The translations under genes and the position numbers were made by a program. Positions 10,442 through 20,302 of a DNA stretch of 64,000 nt are shown here, in pieces. The notes beneath the pieces were generated by a model. It did no database searches. It saw nothing but the letters and a program-made list of their open reading frames with translations, and was not told where the DNA came from. Origin of the DNA: Ruminiclostridium hungatei. GTDB lineage: Bacteria > Bacillota > Clostridia > Acetivibrionales > DSM-1351. The stretch is taken from contig NZ_MZGX01000013.1 in assembly GCF_002051585.1 (NCBI RefSeq), forward strand, positions 70,614 to 134,613, written 5' to 3'. Each line of letters begins with the position of its first letter. Within the stretch, counting starts at the first letter, position 1.

Positions 10442-10903
10442 TTAAATGTGAATATTCTGGGCGCCCAGTTTTTCCAGACTGTCCCTGACAAACGCCTTGT
10501 CCCGGGAGTCACATTCAACCATTACTACCGAGCTGCCGGCTTCAACCACCGACTTTATTTCCTGTTCAATGCCTCTGGGTACTCCCCAGTTTATCATAAT
10601 TGACTTGAAATCATCCCCGATTCCTCCGTTAACAAGGCTGACTATGGGTCTGGCCGGCACCAGAGGACCGGTTCCTGCCATCATATAGCCGTTGATGCCG
10701 GAAGAAATACCCATATTTCCTCCTGTAAAACCATAATACGGCACATCCAGGTTTTCCTCAAATTCACTTACCACCTGTCTGTCCCGGAAATCCTCCTGAT
10801 TCGAGTGTCCCAGCACCTCTATGGCAAAGCCGTGTCTGCCCAGATATCTTGCTGCCTCAATGGCAGGTGCCCTGCTGATAAAATACCCTGTGGCTATTTC
10901 CAT
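10442..10903 (-). CDS. hypothetical Gly-rich protein
   Basis: 153 aa from MEIATGYF with AGAGGAG RBS about 10 nt upstream. Glycine-zipper-like core GGNMGISSGINGYMMAGTG. Confidence 0.45.
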   Translation of the reverse strand: MEIATGYFISRAPAIEAARYLGRHGFAIEVLGHSNQEDFRDRQVVSEFEENLDVPYYGFTGGNMGISSGINGYMMAGTGPLVPARPIVSLVNGGIGDDFKSIMINWGVPRGIEQEIKSVVEAGSSVVMVECDSRDKAFVRDSLEKLGAQNIHI

Positions 10904-11004
10904 CTTTATCACTCCTCTTGAAATTGCAGTATGCGCTTTGGAAATAGTATTGGTTTAATGTCTTTTGTATATTCAGCTTTTTAAAAATTCTTACTTGGCG
11001 GCGG

Positions 11005-11799
11005 TTATACCTTTAGATCCCTCTTCCCGTAAAACCTGTAGGTCACCCCTGCCATGACGGCGATGACAGCCAGTGACAAAGCCACTGATAAAGGCTTCAG
11101 GCCTCCTTCATATGTCTGACGGACGTCAAAATACTTAAAGGGAGTGATATATTTAAGGAATGCCAGCTTATTGTTCATATCAACCATTACAGAAATTATA
11201 TAAGTCAAAAGGAGTATGGCAGTGGCAATGGAAGCCGAGCTCCTGGGATTTTTGCCCATAGCTGCTATTCCGCTCCCCGTGAAGAGGAATAAAAGCTGCA
11301 CAATGAACATTGCCGCCATGAGAACAGCTATGTCTCCATTGATCTGCTCTCCCTTTGCATATTGATTTACTATGGCTATGGACAAGACCAGTGTCACTCC
11401 ATTGAGAACCAGTACATTTACAAGCGCTGCAGCCAATTTTGCAGTGACAACCGAAAATCTGGATACAGGCTTTACCATGAGAAATTCCGCTGTCCTGTCA
11501 CGCTCCTCCTTTGCAAGGATATTTGCTCCAAGCATTGCAGCATGTATTGCAGCCATAATGAGCAGATATACAAAAAGCAATCCGTAAAAACCGGTGGCTG
11601 TTGTGACATCCAGGTCTCCGAAGCCCAAAACCGCCTTCAAGGACTTGGGCATCTTTCCCAGGATATCATTCATGGACTGCTCCGAGCCCGTATAGGATGT
11701 AAACTTGCCCATGCCCGATGCAATCATGAATAGCATGCCCATGCTCCACAGGATAATCGACTTTGCATGGGCCCTCATTTCCCTTTTAAAAATGTTCAT
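11005..11799 (-). CDS. ABC-2 family transporter permease
   Basis: Six predicted TM helices. Start MNIFKREM just after the upstream permease stop. Paralogous to the next gene. Confidence 0.75.
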   Translation of the reverse strand: MNIFKREMRAHAKSIILWSMGMLFMIASGMGKFTSYTGSEQSMNDILGKMPKSLKAVLGFGDLDVTTATGFYGLLFVYLLIMAAIHAAMLGANILAKEERDRTAEFLMVKPVSRFSVVTAKLAAALVNVLVLNGVTLVLSIAIVNQYAKGEQINGDIAVLMAAMFIVQLLFLFTGSGIAAMGKNPRSSASIATAILLLTYIISVMVDMNNKLAFLKYITPFKYFDVRQTYEGGLKPLSVALSLAVIAVMAGVTYRFYGKRDLKV

Positions 11800-11821
11800 A
11801 ATAAACCTCCTCAAAATATAG

Positions 11822-12616
11822 CTACACTGCATGTATGTCCTTTTTGACATAGACAAGGTAGCTGACCGCCACGGCCAGAACTACAAAACCTGCTCCCACT
11901 GCAAGATAGGGCGCCTCATAGGCACTGTTTCTTATAATGTACCCGTAATCAAAAAACTTAAAGGGCGTAATATATCTTATAGCCTTTTCTCCTATTACCG
12001 AGCCGAACATGTTCAAAATAAAAAACCCGAAAACCGTACCCAGTGAAACAGCTATGACCGATCTGAGCTTGCCTGCCATAGCCGCCACCACAACCCCCAA
12101 CACCATAAAAATCGCCTGGATGAGCAGCAGTGTCAAGGATATCATAAAAATTGCCTTCATGCTGAATTGCCCTTTTACAGAAAGTGCTGCCGTAAAGGTC
12201 ACACACATATATATGATGTTGGTAATAACAATTGCCGCAAAGGCTGCAGCCAACTTCCAGGTCAGTATGGTCCTCCGGCTGACAGGCTTGGTCAGCAGAA
12301 AGTCGGCGGTCTTTTCCCGCAGCTCCTTTGAAATTATGGACAGACCGAGATTCATAGCCTGAATAGCCCCGCACAACACAACATACACAAATACAAAGGA
12401 GTAAAAACCCTCAAGTGTGGAAAGGCTTTCCGCATATACACTGAGAAGCTTTTTTGCCATCTCCGGCAGGCTGTTCATCAAATCCTGAAATTCTGCAATA
12501 TCACTGCCCAGACCTGTAAAGATGAAAATATACATGACAGCAAGGGCGGCCATGGACAAGGACCATATGATTATGGACTTTGCGGAGGACTTCAATTCGT
12601 GCAGAAAAATATTCAT
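11822..12616 (-). CDS. ABC-2 family transporter permease
   Basis: Paralog of 11005..11799, with the same MNIFxxExK N-terminus. 4-bp overlap with the upstream ATPase. Confidence 0.75.
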   Translation of the reverse strand: MNIFLHELKSSAKSIIIWSLSMAALAVMYIFIFTGLGSDIAEFQDLMNSLPEMAKKLLSVYAESLSTLEGFYSFVFVYVVLCGAIQAMNLGLSIISKELREKTADFLLTKPVSRRTILTWKLAAAFAAIVITNIIYMCVTFTAALSVKGQFSMKAIFMISLTLLLIQAIFMVLGVVVAAMAGKLRSVIAVSLGTVFGFFILNMFGSVIGEKAIRYITPFKFFDYGYIIRNSAYEAPYLAVGAGFVVLAVAVSYLVYVKKDIHAV

Positions 12617-12620
12617 ATGC

Positions 12621-13505
12621 TCAGGCCTCCTTTTCATAATAGTGCATGAATATTTCTTCAAGGCTTGGTTCTTCAATCCATATATTCTTCAATTCCGCCT
12701 GGCTTATTTTTCTGAGTATGGTATTTACATTCCCCTTGAACAGGAAGCTTATGAACTTCTCCTTCAATTCAAGATTACTTACACCGTTTATTTGGAAATG
12801 CTCCTTTTGGATATCAGAATCAAACTCCAGCCGGAATTTCTTATAATTGTTTTCAGTGAGATTGCTCATGGTTTCAAGCTTTATTATCCGACCCTCCTTG
12901 ATTATTGCCACTCTGGTGCACATTCTCTGAACCTCGCTGAGCACATGTGAAGACATGAAAATAGTGGCACCCTTCTTGTTTTCCTCTTCCAGCAGGTCAA
13001 AAAACTTTTGCTGCATAAGAGGGTCCAGGCCGCTGGTGGGTTCATCCAGTATTATGAGCCTGGGCTGGTGCAGCAGAGTCTGAACAATGCCTACCTTTTT
13101 TTTATTTCCAAAGGACAGGTCATCGACCCTTTTTTTCAAGTCCAGATCCATTATTCCGGCCAGCTCTTTTATTCTTTTGCTGCAGTCCTTTTTGTAAAAG
13201 CTTGCAGAGTAATTAAGCACGTCTATTACCTTCATCTTGTCATAATAGAAGACTTCCGACGGAAGATATCCTATTTCCCTCGCTATCTCAGGAGCGTTTT
13301 TTATGCAGTCCATTCCAAATATTTCCGCACTCCCGGCCGTAGGATATATCAACGATAACAAAGTCCGTATGGTAGTGGATTTCCCGGCGCCGTTGGGACC
13401 GATAAAGCCGAAGACTTCCCCCTCTTCCACATTAAAGCTCACATCGCATATGCCTCTTGCCTTTCCATAGGTTTTTGTCAGATTATTTATTTCAATAACA
13501 TTCAT
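12621..13505 (-). CDS. ABC transporter ATP-binding protein
   Basis: Walker A GPNGAGKST. ABC signature LSFGNKKKV. Walker B LIILDEPTSGLD. H-loop SSHVL. Confidence 0.9.
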   Translation of the reverse strand: MNVIEINNLTKTYGKARGICDVSFNVEEGEVFGFIGPNGAGKSTTIRTLLSLIYPTAGSAEIFGMDCIKNAPEIAREIGYLPSEVFYYDKMKVIDVLNYSASFYKKDCSKRIKELAGIMDLDLKKRVDDLSFGNKKKVGIVQTLLHQPRLIILDEPTSGLDPLMQQKFFDLLEEENKKGATIFMSSHVLSEVQRMCTRVAIIKEGRIIKLETMSNLTENNYKKFRLEFDSDIQKEHFQINGVSNLELKEKFISFLFKGNVNTILRKISQAELKNIWIEEPSLEEIFMHYYEKEA

Positions 13506-13506
13506 T

Positions 13507-14172
13507 TCACTGTCCCCCATCCTTATAAAACGCAGTTTTTAAAAGCTTCATATAATTGTCCAGTTCCGCCAGCATTTCATCATAGTCCCATTTGTCCATG
13601 GGCACATGCCTTAACTGCCAGGTAAGCTTTTTAGTAAGACCCTCGTCCGCCCAGTTTATTATCTCCAGTATCCTGCCTGCTTCCAGTCCGTCCTTGAACC
13701 TTGACGTATCAATTCCCTCATACATTATGCTCTTGCCCAACTCCATCAGTTTTTCATTTTTTCCCTGGATATCATTTTTTATCTCAGGGGATTCATCTAT
13801 AAACGCAGTTGCCACAAACTCGTAAATCGGGGGGTGTAGCTTGGAAATTTCTATCTTCTGCAGTATGGCCTGCCTTCTTCTCTTGAAGACATCCTTTTCT
13901 TCAAAATCTATCTTGTGCAGTATCTCTTCCTTCAGAACGCCCAGCGCATAGTCATACAGAAAAAGAAACAGGCTCTTTTTATTCTTAAAATAGTGAAAAA
14001 GCGCACCTTTGGATATGGCTGCCTCCTTTACCATATTGTCTGTGGAAGCATTTTTGTAACCCTGAAGTGCAAACTCCTTCATTGCCCCATTAAGAATCCT
14101 TTGTTTTTTTTCCTCTTCCAGCTTTAAAAATTTTGAATATATTATACTTCCCTCCTTTGAATCAGCTTTCAC
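13507..14172 (-). CDS. TetR/AcrR-family transcriptional regulator (first gene of TetR-ABC operon)
   Basis: N-terminal HTH: ILNGAMKEFALQGYKNASTDNMVKEAAISKGALFHYFKNK. Confidence 0.85.
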   Translation of the reverse strand: MKADSKEGSIIYSKFLKLEEEKKQRILNGAMKEFALQGYKNASTDNMVKEAAISKGALFHYFKNKKSLFLFLYDYALGVLKEEILHKIDFEEKDVFKRRRQAILQKIEISKLHPPIYEFVATAFIDESPEIKNDIQGKNEKLMELGKSIMYEGIDTSRFKDGLEAGRILEIINWADEGLTKKLTWQLRHVPMDKWDYDEMLAELDNYMKLLKTAFYKDGGQ

Positions 14173-14800
14173 ACTTATTGACCAGCTCGGTCAATAAACA
14201 TATTATATTCCCATTGACTCATGTGGTCAATACATCTTTGTTCCAGAGCACAATTTGTTGCTGTGTTGTTCCTTGGGGGAATATCATATGATACAATGGT
14301 TTAAACTATCAAAAAATGTAAACAGAGGTGATTGTCATAGCTGGAATAGATGTGAAGGTAAGACTTAAGGAAAATGTAACTCCGGAAGAATTCTGGAGAG
14401 CCACCTACAACAGTGATACTAATCTTGGTTTAAGACTCATACCTAACTTTGAGAACATGAAAAAAGTCCAACTCAATGCAAAGCTGTATAAATTGGGCTC
14501 TTTAGAGGTAGCAATACCTGTAGCCTATTTTAACAGTGAAAAAGAGACAGTGGATGACGATATCATTGAATACAGTTATATAAAGGATAGCAAGGAAATC
14601 TGGGCCATTGTGGAGTAAGTCAATCACTGCCGGCTGAAAAGCATGACTCAGAGCCCACTTGTTGGCTTTTGAAAGGCGAAGGCTTGAACCCGCTAATTGG
14701 CTTCGGTAAGCGGGCAAAAAATACGGATTTTTCAATAAAAAAGGGCGCCAGGACAAATACATGTAAATCAGTATTATATCTGCTGCGCCCACTTGTTTTT

Positions 14801-15103
14801 CTATTTGTCCTTCCTGCCGGAGGATTTTCTCCTGAACAGTGACAAACCTCCAAAACCTCCGATTATGGAAATATAGAAACCAAAATCATACCACCAGCCG
14901 GCATTCGCCACCTCGTATACCCTTATATTCCTGTCGAACAGTCCTATTACAAGGGACACGGGTGAAATCCAGCCATGCCATATTCCCCAGAAAAAGCCGG
15001 CAGGCTTTGCAGCGGTATACGTGCCGTCCCCGGGAACACAGCCTGTTAACGCAGCCAGCATCAACGCTGCAATTGCTGTTAAAATCAATAATTTTTTTCT
15101 CAC
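14801..15103 (-). CDS. small lipoprotein/membrane protein
   Basis: Signal peptide with lipobox LTGC. Trp/Gly-rich hydrophobic remainder. Confidence 0.5.
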   Translation of the reverse strand: MRKKLLILTAIAALMLAALTGCVPGDGTYTAAKPAGFFWGIWHGWISPVSLVIGLFDRNIRVYEVANAGWWYDFGFYISIIGGFGGLSLFRRKSSGRKDK

Positions 15104-15173
15104 AAAAGACCTCCAATATACACATGCTTAACATGTGCAGCATCCTATTCTAATTTATGACCGGGCTTTGATT

Positions 15174-15563
15174 TTATTTCTTCCTTTTTGGTATGTTTTT
15201 TGACTTCACCTCATTTTCTTCAGCCCTGAACCTGACTATTTCACTTATCAGGTCAAAGGGCATGGGCTTATGAATGGGAAACTGTACGGAGCCCTTGGCC
15301 CACTTGTATTCGGACAGCCTGTCCTTAAAAGCCTCAATTCCGCTGGGTGCCGGATAAAAGCCTATATGTCCGGAATACGCTGCAAAGTGTACCAGATTTC
15401 CATTGAGAACAAAAGTAGGCATCTGATAGCTGATTTTCTCCTCTGCTCCGGGTGCTGCCTCCCTTATGCATTGCCTTATATCCTGCAGCAGCTTTTGAGT
15501 ATTTTCGTCAAAGCGGGAAATATATTCATCTATGGTTGTTACAGTTTTTGAGCTTAAATCCAT
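15174..15563 (-). CDS. DUF1801 (YdhG-like) domain protein
   Basis: TIDEYISRFDENTQKLLQDIRQCIREAAPGAEEKISYQMPTF... is typical of the DUF1801 family. Confidence 0.65.
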   Translation of the reverse strand: MDLSSKTVTTIDEYISRFDENTQKLLQDIRQCIREAAPGAEEKISYQMPTFVLNGNLVHFAAYSGHIGFYPAPSGIEAFKDRLSEYKWAKGSVQFPIHKPMPFDLISEIVRFRAEENEVKSKNIPKRKK

Positions 15564-15842
15564 TAATGTTCCACCTTTCTCATATCTGCCTGAAATTTTT
15601 CATGGTTCTCTGATTTCCCGTGGAAAAATATATTATAGCCCAATTATAACATTTTTATGGAATACCTCAAACTTTTAGAAAATAGCTGCCCCAAACATTC
15701 ATTAAAACGAAAACGGCTCATCAAAGGGTAATTTACCACAGCCGTCAATCGGCATTCCTGCCACTGCCGCGCCAAAGCCTGCTTTATAGCCGGTTTTATG
15801 ATAAATTATCTCTGATGAGCCATTAGTTGTAAGTTCTAGAAG

Positions 15843-15868
15843 TGACAGACCACTAGTGGTCTGTCACC
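15843..15868. repeat. 26-bp perfect palindrome GTGACAGACCACTAGTGGTCTGTCAC, 27 bp downstream of the S8 peptidase stop
   Basis: Read directly. Forms an 11-bp stem with a 4-nt loop and no clear U-run. Could be a terminator variant or a protein-binding site. Confidence 0.5.
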
Positions 15869-15894
15869 TGCAAACAGCACCCAGGGCAATTAAA

Positions 15895-18800
15895 TCACTT
15901 TATCAAAGGCCCCACAAACCTGCTGTCCAAAGGATTCACCAGGTAGGAAACATCCATGAGCTTTTCATAGGAGAAGCCCAGGGCAGTTACTTTAGCCAGG
16001 TACATCTTGTCGTTTGTAAAAGGAATGAGATGGCGTACTATCTGACCACTGGAATTCACATACAGATTTTCGGTATATTTTCCGCCTTCCCTGTGTGGAT
16101 CAAGTGATATGACCACATCGTAAAGCGTTAAAATATCTCCCTCTTCCCCAGTCACATATTCATACAGCTTTTCGGCATTATTAGTAAAGAAATAAGTTGT
16201 TCCGCCGGCAGCCTTAATCAACTGGTACAGGGATATATCCTTTCCGGTACCCATGCTCTCAACTTTATCTTTATAGGTTGAACTGCCTACTCTTATACTC
16301 GCTCCGTAGTCGGTGCCATCAGTGGCTTCCGAAATAATTATGGAATAGTATGAGGTCTCAAGACTGTCGGCCAACTGGCGAAGCACATCAGTAAAGAGGA
16401 CAAAGCCTCCCGATACATAGGCACCTGCCTCATGGAAATCATTATAGTCGTCGGTGAGTGAGAAGCCTCCGATAAACGAAGTCCAACTGAAATGGGTCTT
16501 GTCCTTGTTTATCTCGGCAATCACTGTCCTTGCCTTATCTATGGTAGGTATTCCGGTGAAAGCCTGATCAACACTTATGGGATACCTTACCCCGTTAAAG
16601 TTCACATAGCCGTATGGGGACTGTGAGTCGGCAGGCAGCAGGTCATAGGTGTAGTTCTGTTCAGAAACCTTGTTGACCAGTCTGGTATGGACCTTCTGAC
16701 ACACTTTGCACTTTCCGGTCTCAATTCCGTTACGGGTTGCCGTTGGTGCAACCGTCAGTACATACACATAGTCATGTCCCTTTTCTGCCGTACTTCCCGA
16801 GGGTATAACTTCTGTTGAAAGAACCTTTTCGCAGATTGCACACCGTGCCTCCTGCACGCCTGTTTCCGTACAGGTGGCATCCTTTGTAACAATATAGTTC
16901 CCGTTGAAGGTGTGGTCAGCCTCAGGCAATATTTTTGACTCGGGTACCAGACAGCCCTCCCGGGTACATCTTCTTTCCTGGATGCCCAGCGTCATACAGG
17001 TTGCCGCCCTGGTGGTCTCCCATGGCCCGAAAAAGTGTCCCAGCTTGTCAAGAGTAACGGTTGATACTGTTTCTCCGCATCTGGTGCACTTGCCCACCTT
17101 CGTTCCCGTCTGCGTGCAGGTTGGCTCCTTGGTGGTAATATATGAGCCATTAAAGGTATGAGCCGTGGCAAGGGGAGCAATACTGACGGTGGACACCACG
17201 GCGTTACAGGTGGTGCATCTGCCCACTTTTGTCCCCTCCTCGGTGCAGGTTGGCTCCTTTGTCGTAGTATAAGAACCATTGAAGGTATGCCCTGTTGCAG
17301 CTATGCTGCCGGTTTCGGTCGAAGTACAGCCGCTTCTGGTACAGCTTCTCTTTTGTGAGCCCTCAGTTGTGCAGGCGGCTGCCCTGGTTGTGGTCCATGG
17401 GCCATAGGCATGTCCCAGCACCGGAATGGTTACGGTTGATACGGTTGTTCCGCAATTTATACATTTACCCACCTTGGTGCCTGTGGTGGTACAGGTGGCT
17501 TCCCTGGTGGTGGTGTAGGAGCCGTTAAAGCTGTGGGCCGTGGCCAGGGGAGGAATACTCACAGTGGACACCACAGCGTTACAGGTGGTGCATCTGCCCA
17601 CCTTCGTACCCGCCTCGGCGCAGGTTGGTTCCTTTATTGTGGTATAAGAGCCGTTGAAGGTATGTCCTGTTGCTGAAACACTTGTTGATTCACTGGAATA
17701 GCAGCCGCTTCTGGTGCAGCTTCTCCTTTGAGTCCCCGCACTGGTACAGGTGGGTGAAACAGTGGTTGACCAGGAGCCATAGGAATGTCCCAATGCATCC
17801 AGTGTTACTGTGGAAACAGTGCCGCCGCATTTGGTGCATTTGCCTGCCTTCGTACCGGTTGCCGTACAGGTGGGCTCCTTTGTTGTGGTGTACGACCCGT
17901 TGAAGGTATGTCCTGTTGCAGCTATTGATTTAGATTCACTGACAGTACAGCCGCTTCTGGTGCAGGTTCTCTTCTGGGTTCCGTCTGTGGTGCAGGTGGC
18001 GGCAACCGTTGTAGTCCACGAACCTAGCGAATGTCCCAATGCATCCAGTGTTACTGTGGAAACAGTGCCGCCGCATTTGCTGCATTTGCCTGCCTTCGTA
18101 CCGGTTGCTGTACAGGTTGGCTCCTTTGTTGTGGTGTAGGAACCGTTAAAGGTATGTCCTGTTGCCGCTATTGATTTAGATTCACTGGCAGTACAGCCGC
18201 TTCTGGAACAGGTTCTCTTCTGGGTTCCATTTGTGGTGCAAGTGGCGGCAACCGTTGTAGTCCATGAACCGAAGGAATGTCCCAATGCATCCAGTGTTAC
18301 TGTGGAAACAGTGCCTCCGCATTTGGTGCATTTGCCGACCTTCGTGCCGGTTGCTGTACAGGTGGGTTCCTTGGTGGTGGTGTAGGAACCGCTGAAGGTG
18401 TGTCCTGTTGCTGAAATAGTCTGTGTTTCAGTTCCGGAACATCTGGAGCAGGTTCTCTTTTTACTTCCGTCACTGGTACAGGTGGCCGACTTGGTTGTGG
18501 TCCATGACCCGTAGGAATGCCCTAATGCCGGAATGCTGACTGTGGAGACAGTTGCTCCACACTTTGTGCATTTACCTACCTTTGTTCCTGCTGCTGTGCA
18601 GGTAGCATCTTTTGTAGTTGTATATGAGCCATTAAAGGTGTGCGCGCAGGTGGCTGCAGCATGCAATATGCCATTTCCGGCACGGTCCGAGACAATGCTC
18701 TTTTTTTCTTTTCCGTCAGTCATTAAGCTTCTAAGTTCCCTGGAGGATATGAAAGGATTTATTTCCAGGTATTTGGCTGCAGCCGCCGTCACTTGTCCGG

Positions 18801-19620
18801 TGGAATATGAAGTTCCTTCCTGTGAGGCAAATGCATAGATATCTACCAACTCTCCATAATTTGAATAATCGGCTATTTCGGATTTCTCATCCAGAGCACC
18901 TACCGAAATAACGGTGGGATAAGCGGCAGGAAACGCCGGTTCATTACTTGCTCCGTTGCCTGCGGCTGCAATCACCAGGATATTGTTTTCTTCCGCTTTT
19001 TTCAAGGCAGCTTCCAGGATAGCTGAGGCCTCAAAGCCAACACAGCTAAGTGAGATAATGTCTATATTCTCTTTTACCGCCCAGTCCACACCCTGTGCAA
19101 AACTGCTGTATGTACCCTCATTGTTGTTGTTGAGTATTCTTACATCATACAGTTTGGCAGCAGGTACGATTTCCTTTATAACTGCAGCAACAGTGTTTCC
19201 GTGACTGCTTGTGATTTCCCTGTCTTGTGCGAAGGACACACCTCCTGATGTATCCACATCACTGATGCCGGAGTCGAAAATGGCGATTTTCACTCCATGT
19301 CCGGAAGTACTTTCAACTTCACATTCAGTACCGAGATTGTGTTCATGTTCATACTCACGTTCATGTTCGCGCGGAAGGCCAGGTTCATGGGCACAATCAG
19401 GCAGGTGTCCATTTGTGCACTCATTCTCCTGCCGGTGCATCTCCTCACCTTCGTGCGGTTGTGTGCACACTCCTTCATGTTCCGGGTGTGAAGTTGCTGT
19501 TACTGCCCTTGACTGCCCGGTGGGATTCTGAGCACCTGCAATGCTTTGTGCTCCCGGGGAAAATCCCAACACCATTGAACCAACTAAAATGGCCGCAATA
19601 ATGCTTCTGATTTTTCTCAT
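15895..19620 (-). CDS. secreted S8 subtilisin-family peptidase with His-rich N-terminal segment, ~7 tandem Cys-rich repeats and a C-terminal domain of unknown function
   Basis: Signal peptide MRKIRSIIAAILVGSMVLG. His/Glu-rich acidic stretch (HPEHEG...EHEHN). S8 catalytic motifs: Asp IAIFDSGI, His SSHGNTVAAV, Ser GTSYSTGQVTAAAA. Then repeated units GHTFNGSYTTTKEPTCTATGTKVGKCTKCGGTVSTVTLDALGHS.GSWTTT..ATCT..G..KRTC.RSGC. Confidence 0.85.
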   Translation of the reverse strand: MRKIRSIIAAILVGSMVLGFSPGAQSIAGAQNPTGQSRAVTATSHPEHEGVCTQPHEGEEMHRQENECTNGHLPDCAHEPGLPREHEREYEHEHNLGTECEVESTSGHGVKIAIFDSGISDVDTSGGVSFAQDREITSSHGNTVAAVIKEIVPAAKLYDVRILNNNNEGTYSSFAQGVDWAVKENIDIISLSCVGFEASAILEAALKKAEENNILVIAAAGNGASNEPAFPAAYPTVISVGALDEKSEIADYSNYGELVDIYAFASQEGTSYSTGQVTAAAAKYLEINPFISSRELRSLMTDGKEKKSIVSDRAGNGILHAAATCAHTFNGSYTTTKDATCTAAGTKVGKCTKCGATVSTVSIPALGHSYGSWTTTKSATCTSDGSKKRTCSRCSGTETQTISATGHTFSGSYTTTKEPTCTATGTKVGKCTKCGGTVSTVTLDALGHSFGSWTTTVAATCTTNGTQKRTCSRSGCTASESKSIAATGHTFNGSYTTTKEPTCTATGTKAGKCSKCGGTVSTVTLDALGHSLGSWTTTVAATCTTDGTQKRTCTRSGCTVSESKSIAATGHTFNGSYTTTKEPTCTATGTKAGKCTKCGGTVSTVTLDALGHSYGSWSTTVSPTCTSAGTQRRSCTRSGCYSSESTSVSATGHTFNGSYTTIKEPTCAEAGTKVGRCTTCNAVVSTVSIPPLATAHSFNGSYTTTREATCTTTGTKVGKCINCGTTVSTVTIPVLGHAYGPWTTTRAAACTTEGSQKRSCTRSGCTSTETGSIAATGHTFNGSYTTTKEPTCTEEGTKVGRCTTCNAVVSTVSIAPLATAHTFNGSYITTKEPTCTQTGTKVGKCTRCGETVSTVTLDKLGHFFGPWETTRAATCMTLGIQERRCTREGCLVPESKILPEADHTFNGNYIVTKDATCTETGVQEARCAICEKVLSTEVIPSGSTAEKGHDYVYVLTVAPTATRNGIETGKCKVCQKVHTRLVNKVSEQNYTYDLLPADSQSPYGYVNFNGVRYPISVDQAFTGIPTIDKARTVIAEINKDKTHFSWTSFIGGFSLTDDYNDFHEAGAYVSGGFVLFTDVLRQLADSLETSYYSIIISEATDGTDYGASIRVGSSTYKDKVESMGTGKDISLYQLIKAAGGTTYFFTNNAEKLYEYVTGEEGDILTLYDVVISLDPHREGGKYTENLYVNSSGQIVRHLIPFTNDKMYLAKVTALGFSYEKLMDVSYLVNPLDSRFVGPLIK
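16740..18630. repeat. in-frame tandem coding repeats (~86-aa unit with 6 Cys, ~7 copies) inside the S8 peptidase gene
   Basis: Near-identical nucleotide copies. Opposite-strand ORFs give identical peptides, e.g. ETVPPHLVHLPAFVPVAVQVGSFVVVY twice. Confidence 0.7.
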
Positions 19621-19834
19621 TAAAAAATCCTCCTGTGAAATTATTTACAGGAGATATTATACAGTATATTGTAAATATTGGCAAATTAACCTTAATATTT
19701 TATTTTTTCGATTTTTTTCTACATTATTTTACAAGTAGAACTGTTTAATTCAATAAAACCAGCTCTTGAGTTTCATTAATCAGTATTAACTCCATATTAT
19801 CCATATTATCAGATGGGCTACGCATTTAATCATT

Positions 19835-20290
19835 TTACGGCAATCCTGCACCAAGCTTTTCAAATGCATTTTGCACCGCTTCCCCGATTTGCAGGCTGCC
19901 GGCATTGATTTCAAGGCTCATCCTGGGATATTTTTCGCTGTTGGGGCGGTAGGACCCGTCGGGATACCGCTGCAAAGGCATAATATTATAGCCTTTTTCG
20001 GTATCCAGGAATATCATGGCCGATAATCTGTTCTTTGAAAACTGTGAAAAGCTCTTTATACCGGTTACAATTTCATAGACCTTGACAAAATCCTTGGAAG
20101 CTTGAAAAGGCTCACTGGCACAAACCTCAAAGCACTCCTTGATTTTCTGGCCGATTTCCAAGGCTCCATAGGGTTGATTTAAAATCACAGGCTTATTGAT
20201 CTGGACCGAAACACCAGTCTCATCCTTTGCATTTGGAAGGATCAGCATCTGACCCCGGCTGTCCTTATATAATGTAACTCCATAGATCAT
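19835..20290 (-). CDS. hypothetical protein, candidate immunity protein for the upstream DUF4157 toxin
   Basis: 151 aa with no signal peptide. Starts 12 bp after the toxin gene stop, which is classic toxin-immunity gene order. Confidence 0.45.
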   Translation of the reverse strand: MIYGVTLYKDSRGQMLILPNAKDETGVSVQINKPVILNQPYGALEIGQKIKECFEVCASEPFQASKDFVKVYEIVTGIKSFSQFSKNRLSAMIFLDTEKGYNIMPLQRYPDGSYRPNSEKYPRMSLEINAGSLQIGEAVQNAFEKLGAGLP

Positions 20291-20302
20291 CTTAACACTC
20301 TC

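Noticed and set aside
14328-14618. 96-aa plus-strand ORF with GTG start
   Set aside because: Weak RBS, alternative start only and no homolog recognised. It could be real but I could not support it.
14502-14853. Overlapping 96-aa and 77-aa minus-strand ORFs between convergent genes
   Set aside because: The region contains GC-rich hairpins flanked by A/T runs (a likely bidirectional terminator). The ORFs overlap each other and the hairpins.
16904-18838. Several 60-110 aa plus-strand ORFs (16904.., 17295.., 17670.., 17810.., 18533..) with repeated peptides
   Set aside because: They are antisense frames of the S8 peptidase tandem repeats. Identical peptides recur only because the DNA repeats do. 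They are not genes and not a CRISPR array (no unique spacers; the repeats are coding and ~260 bp long).
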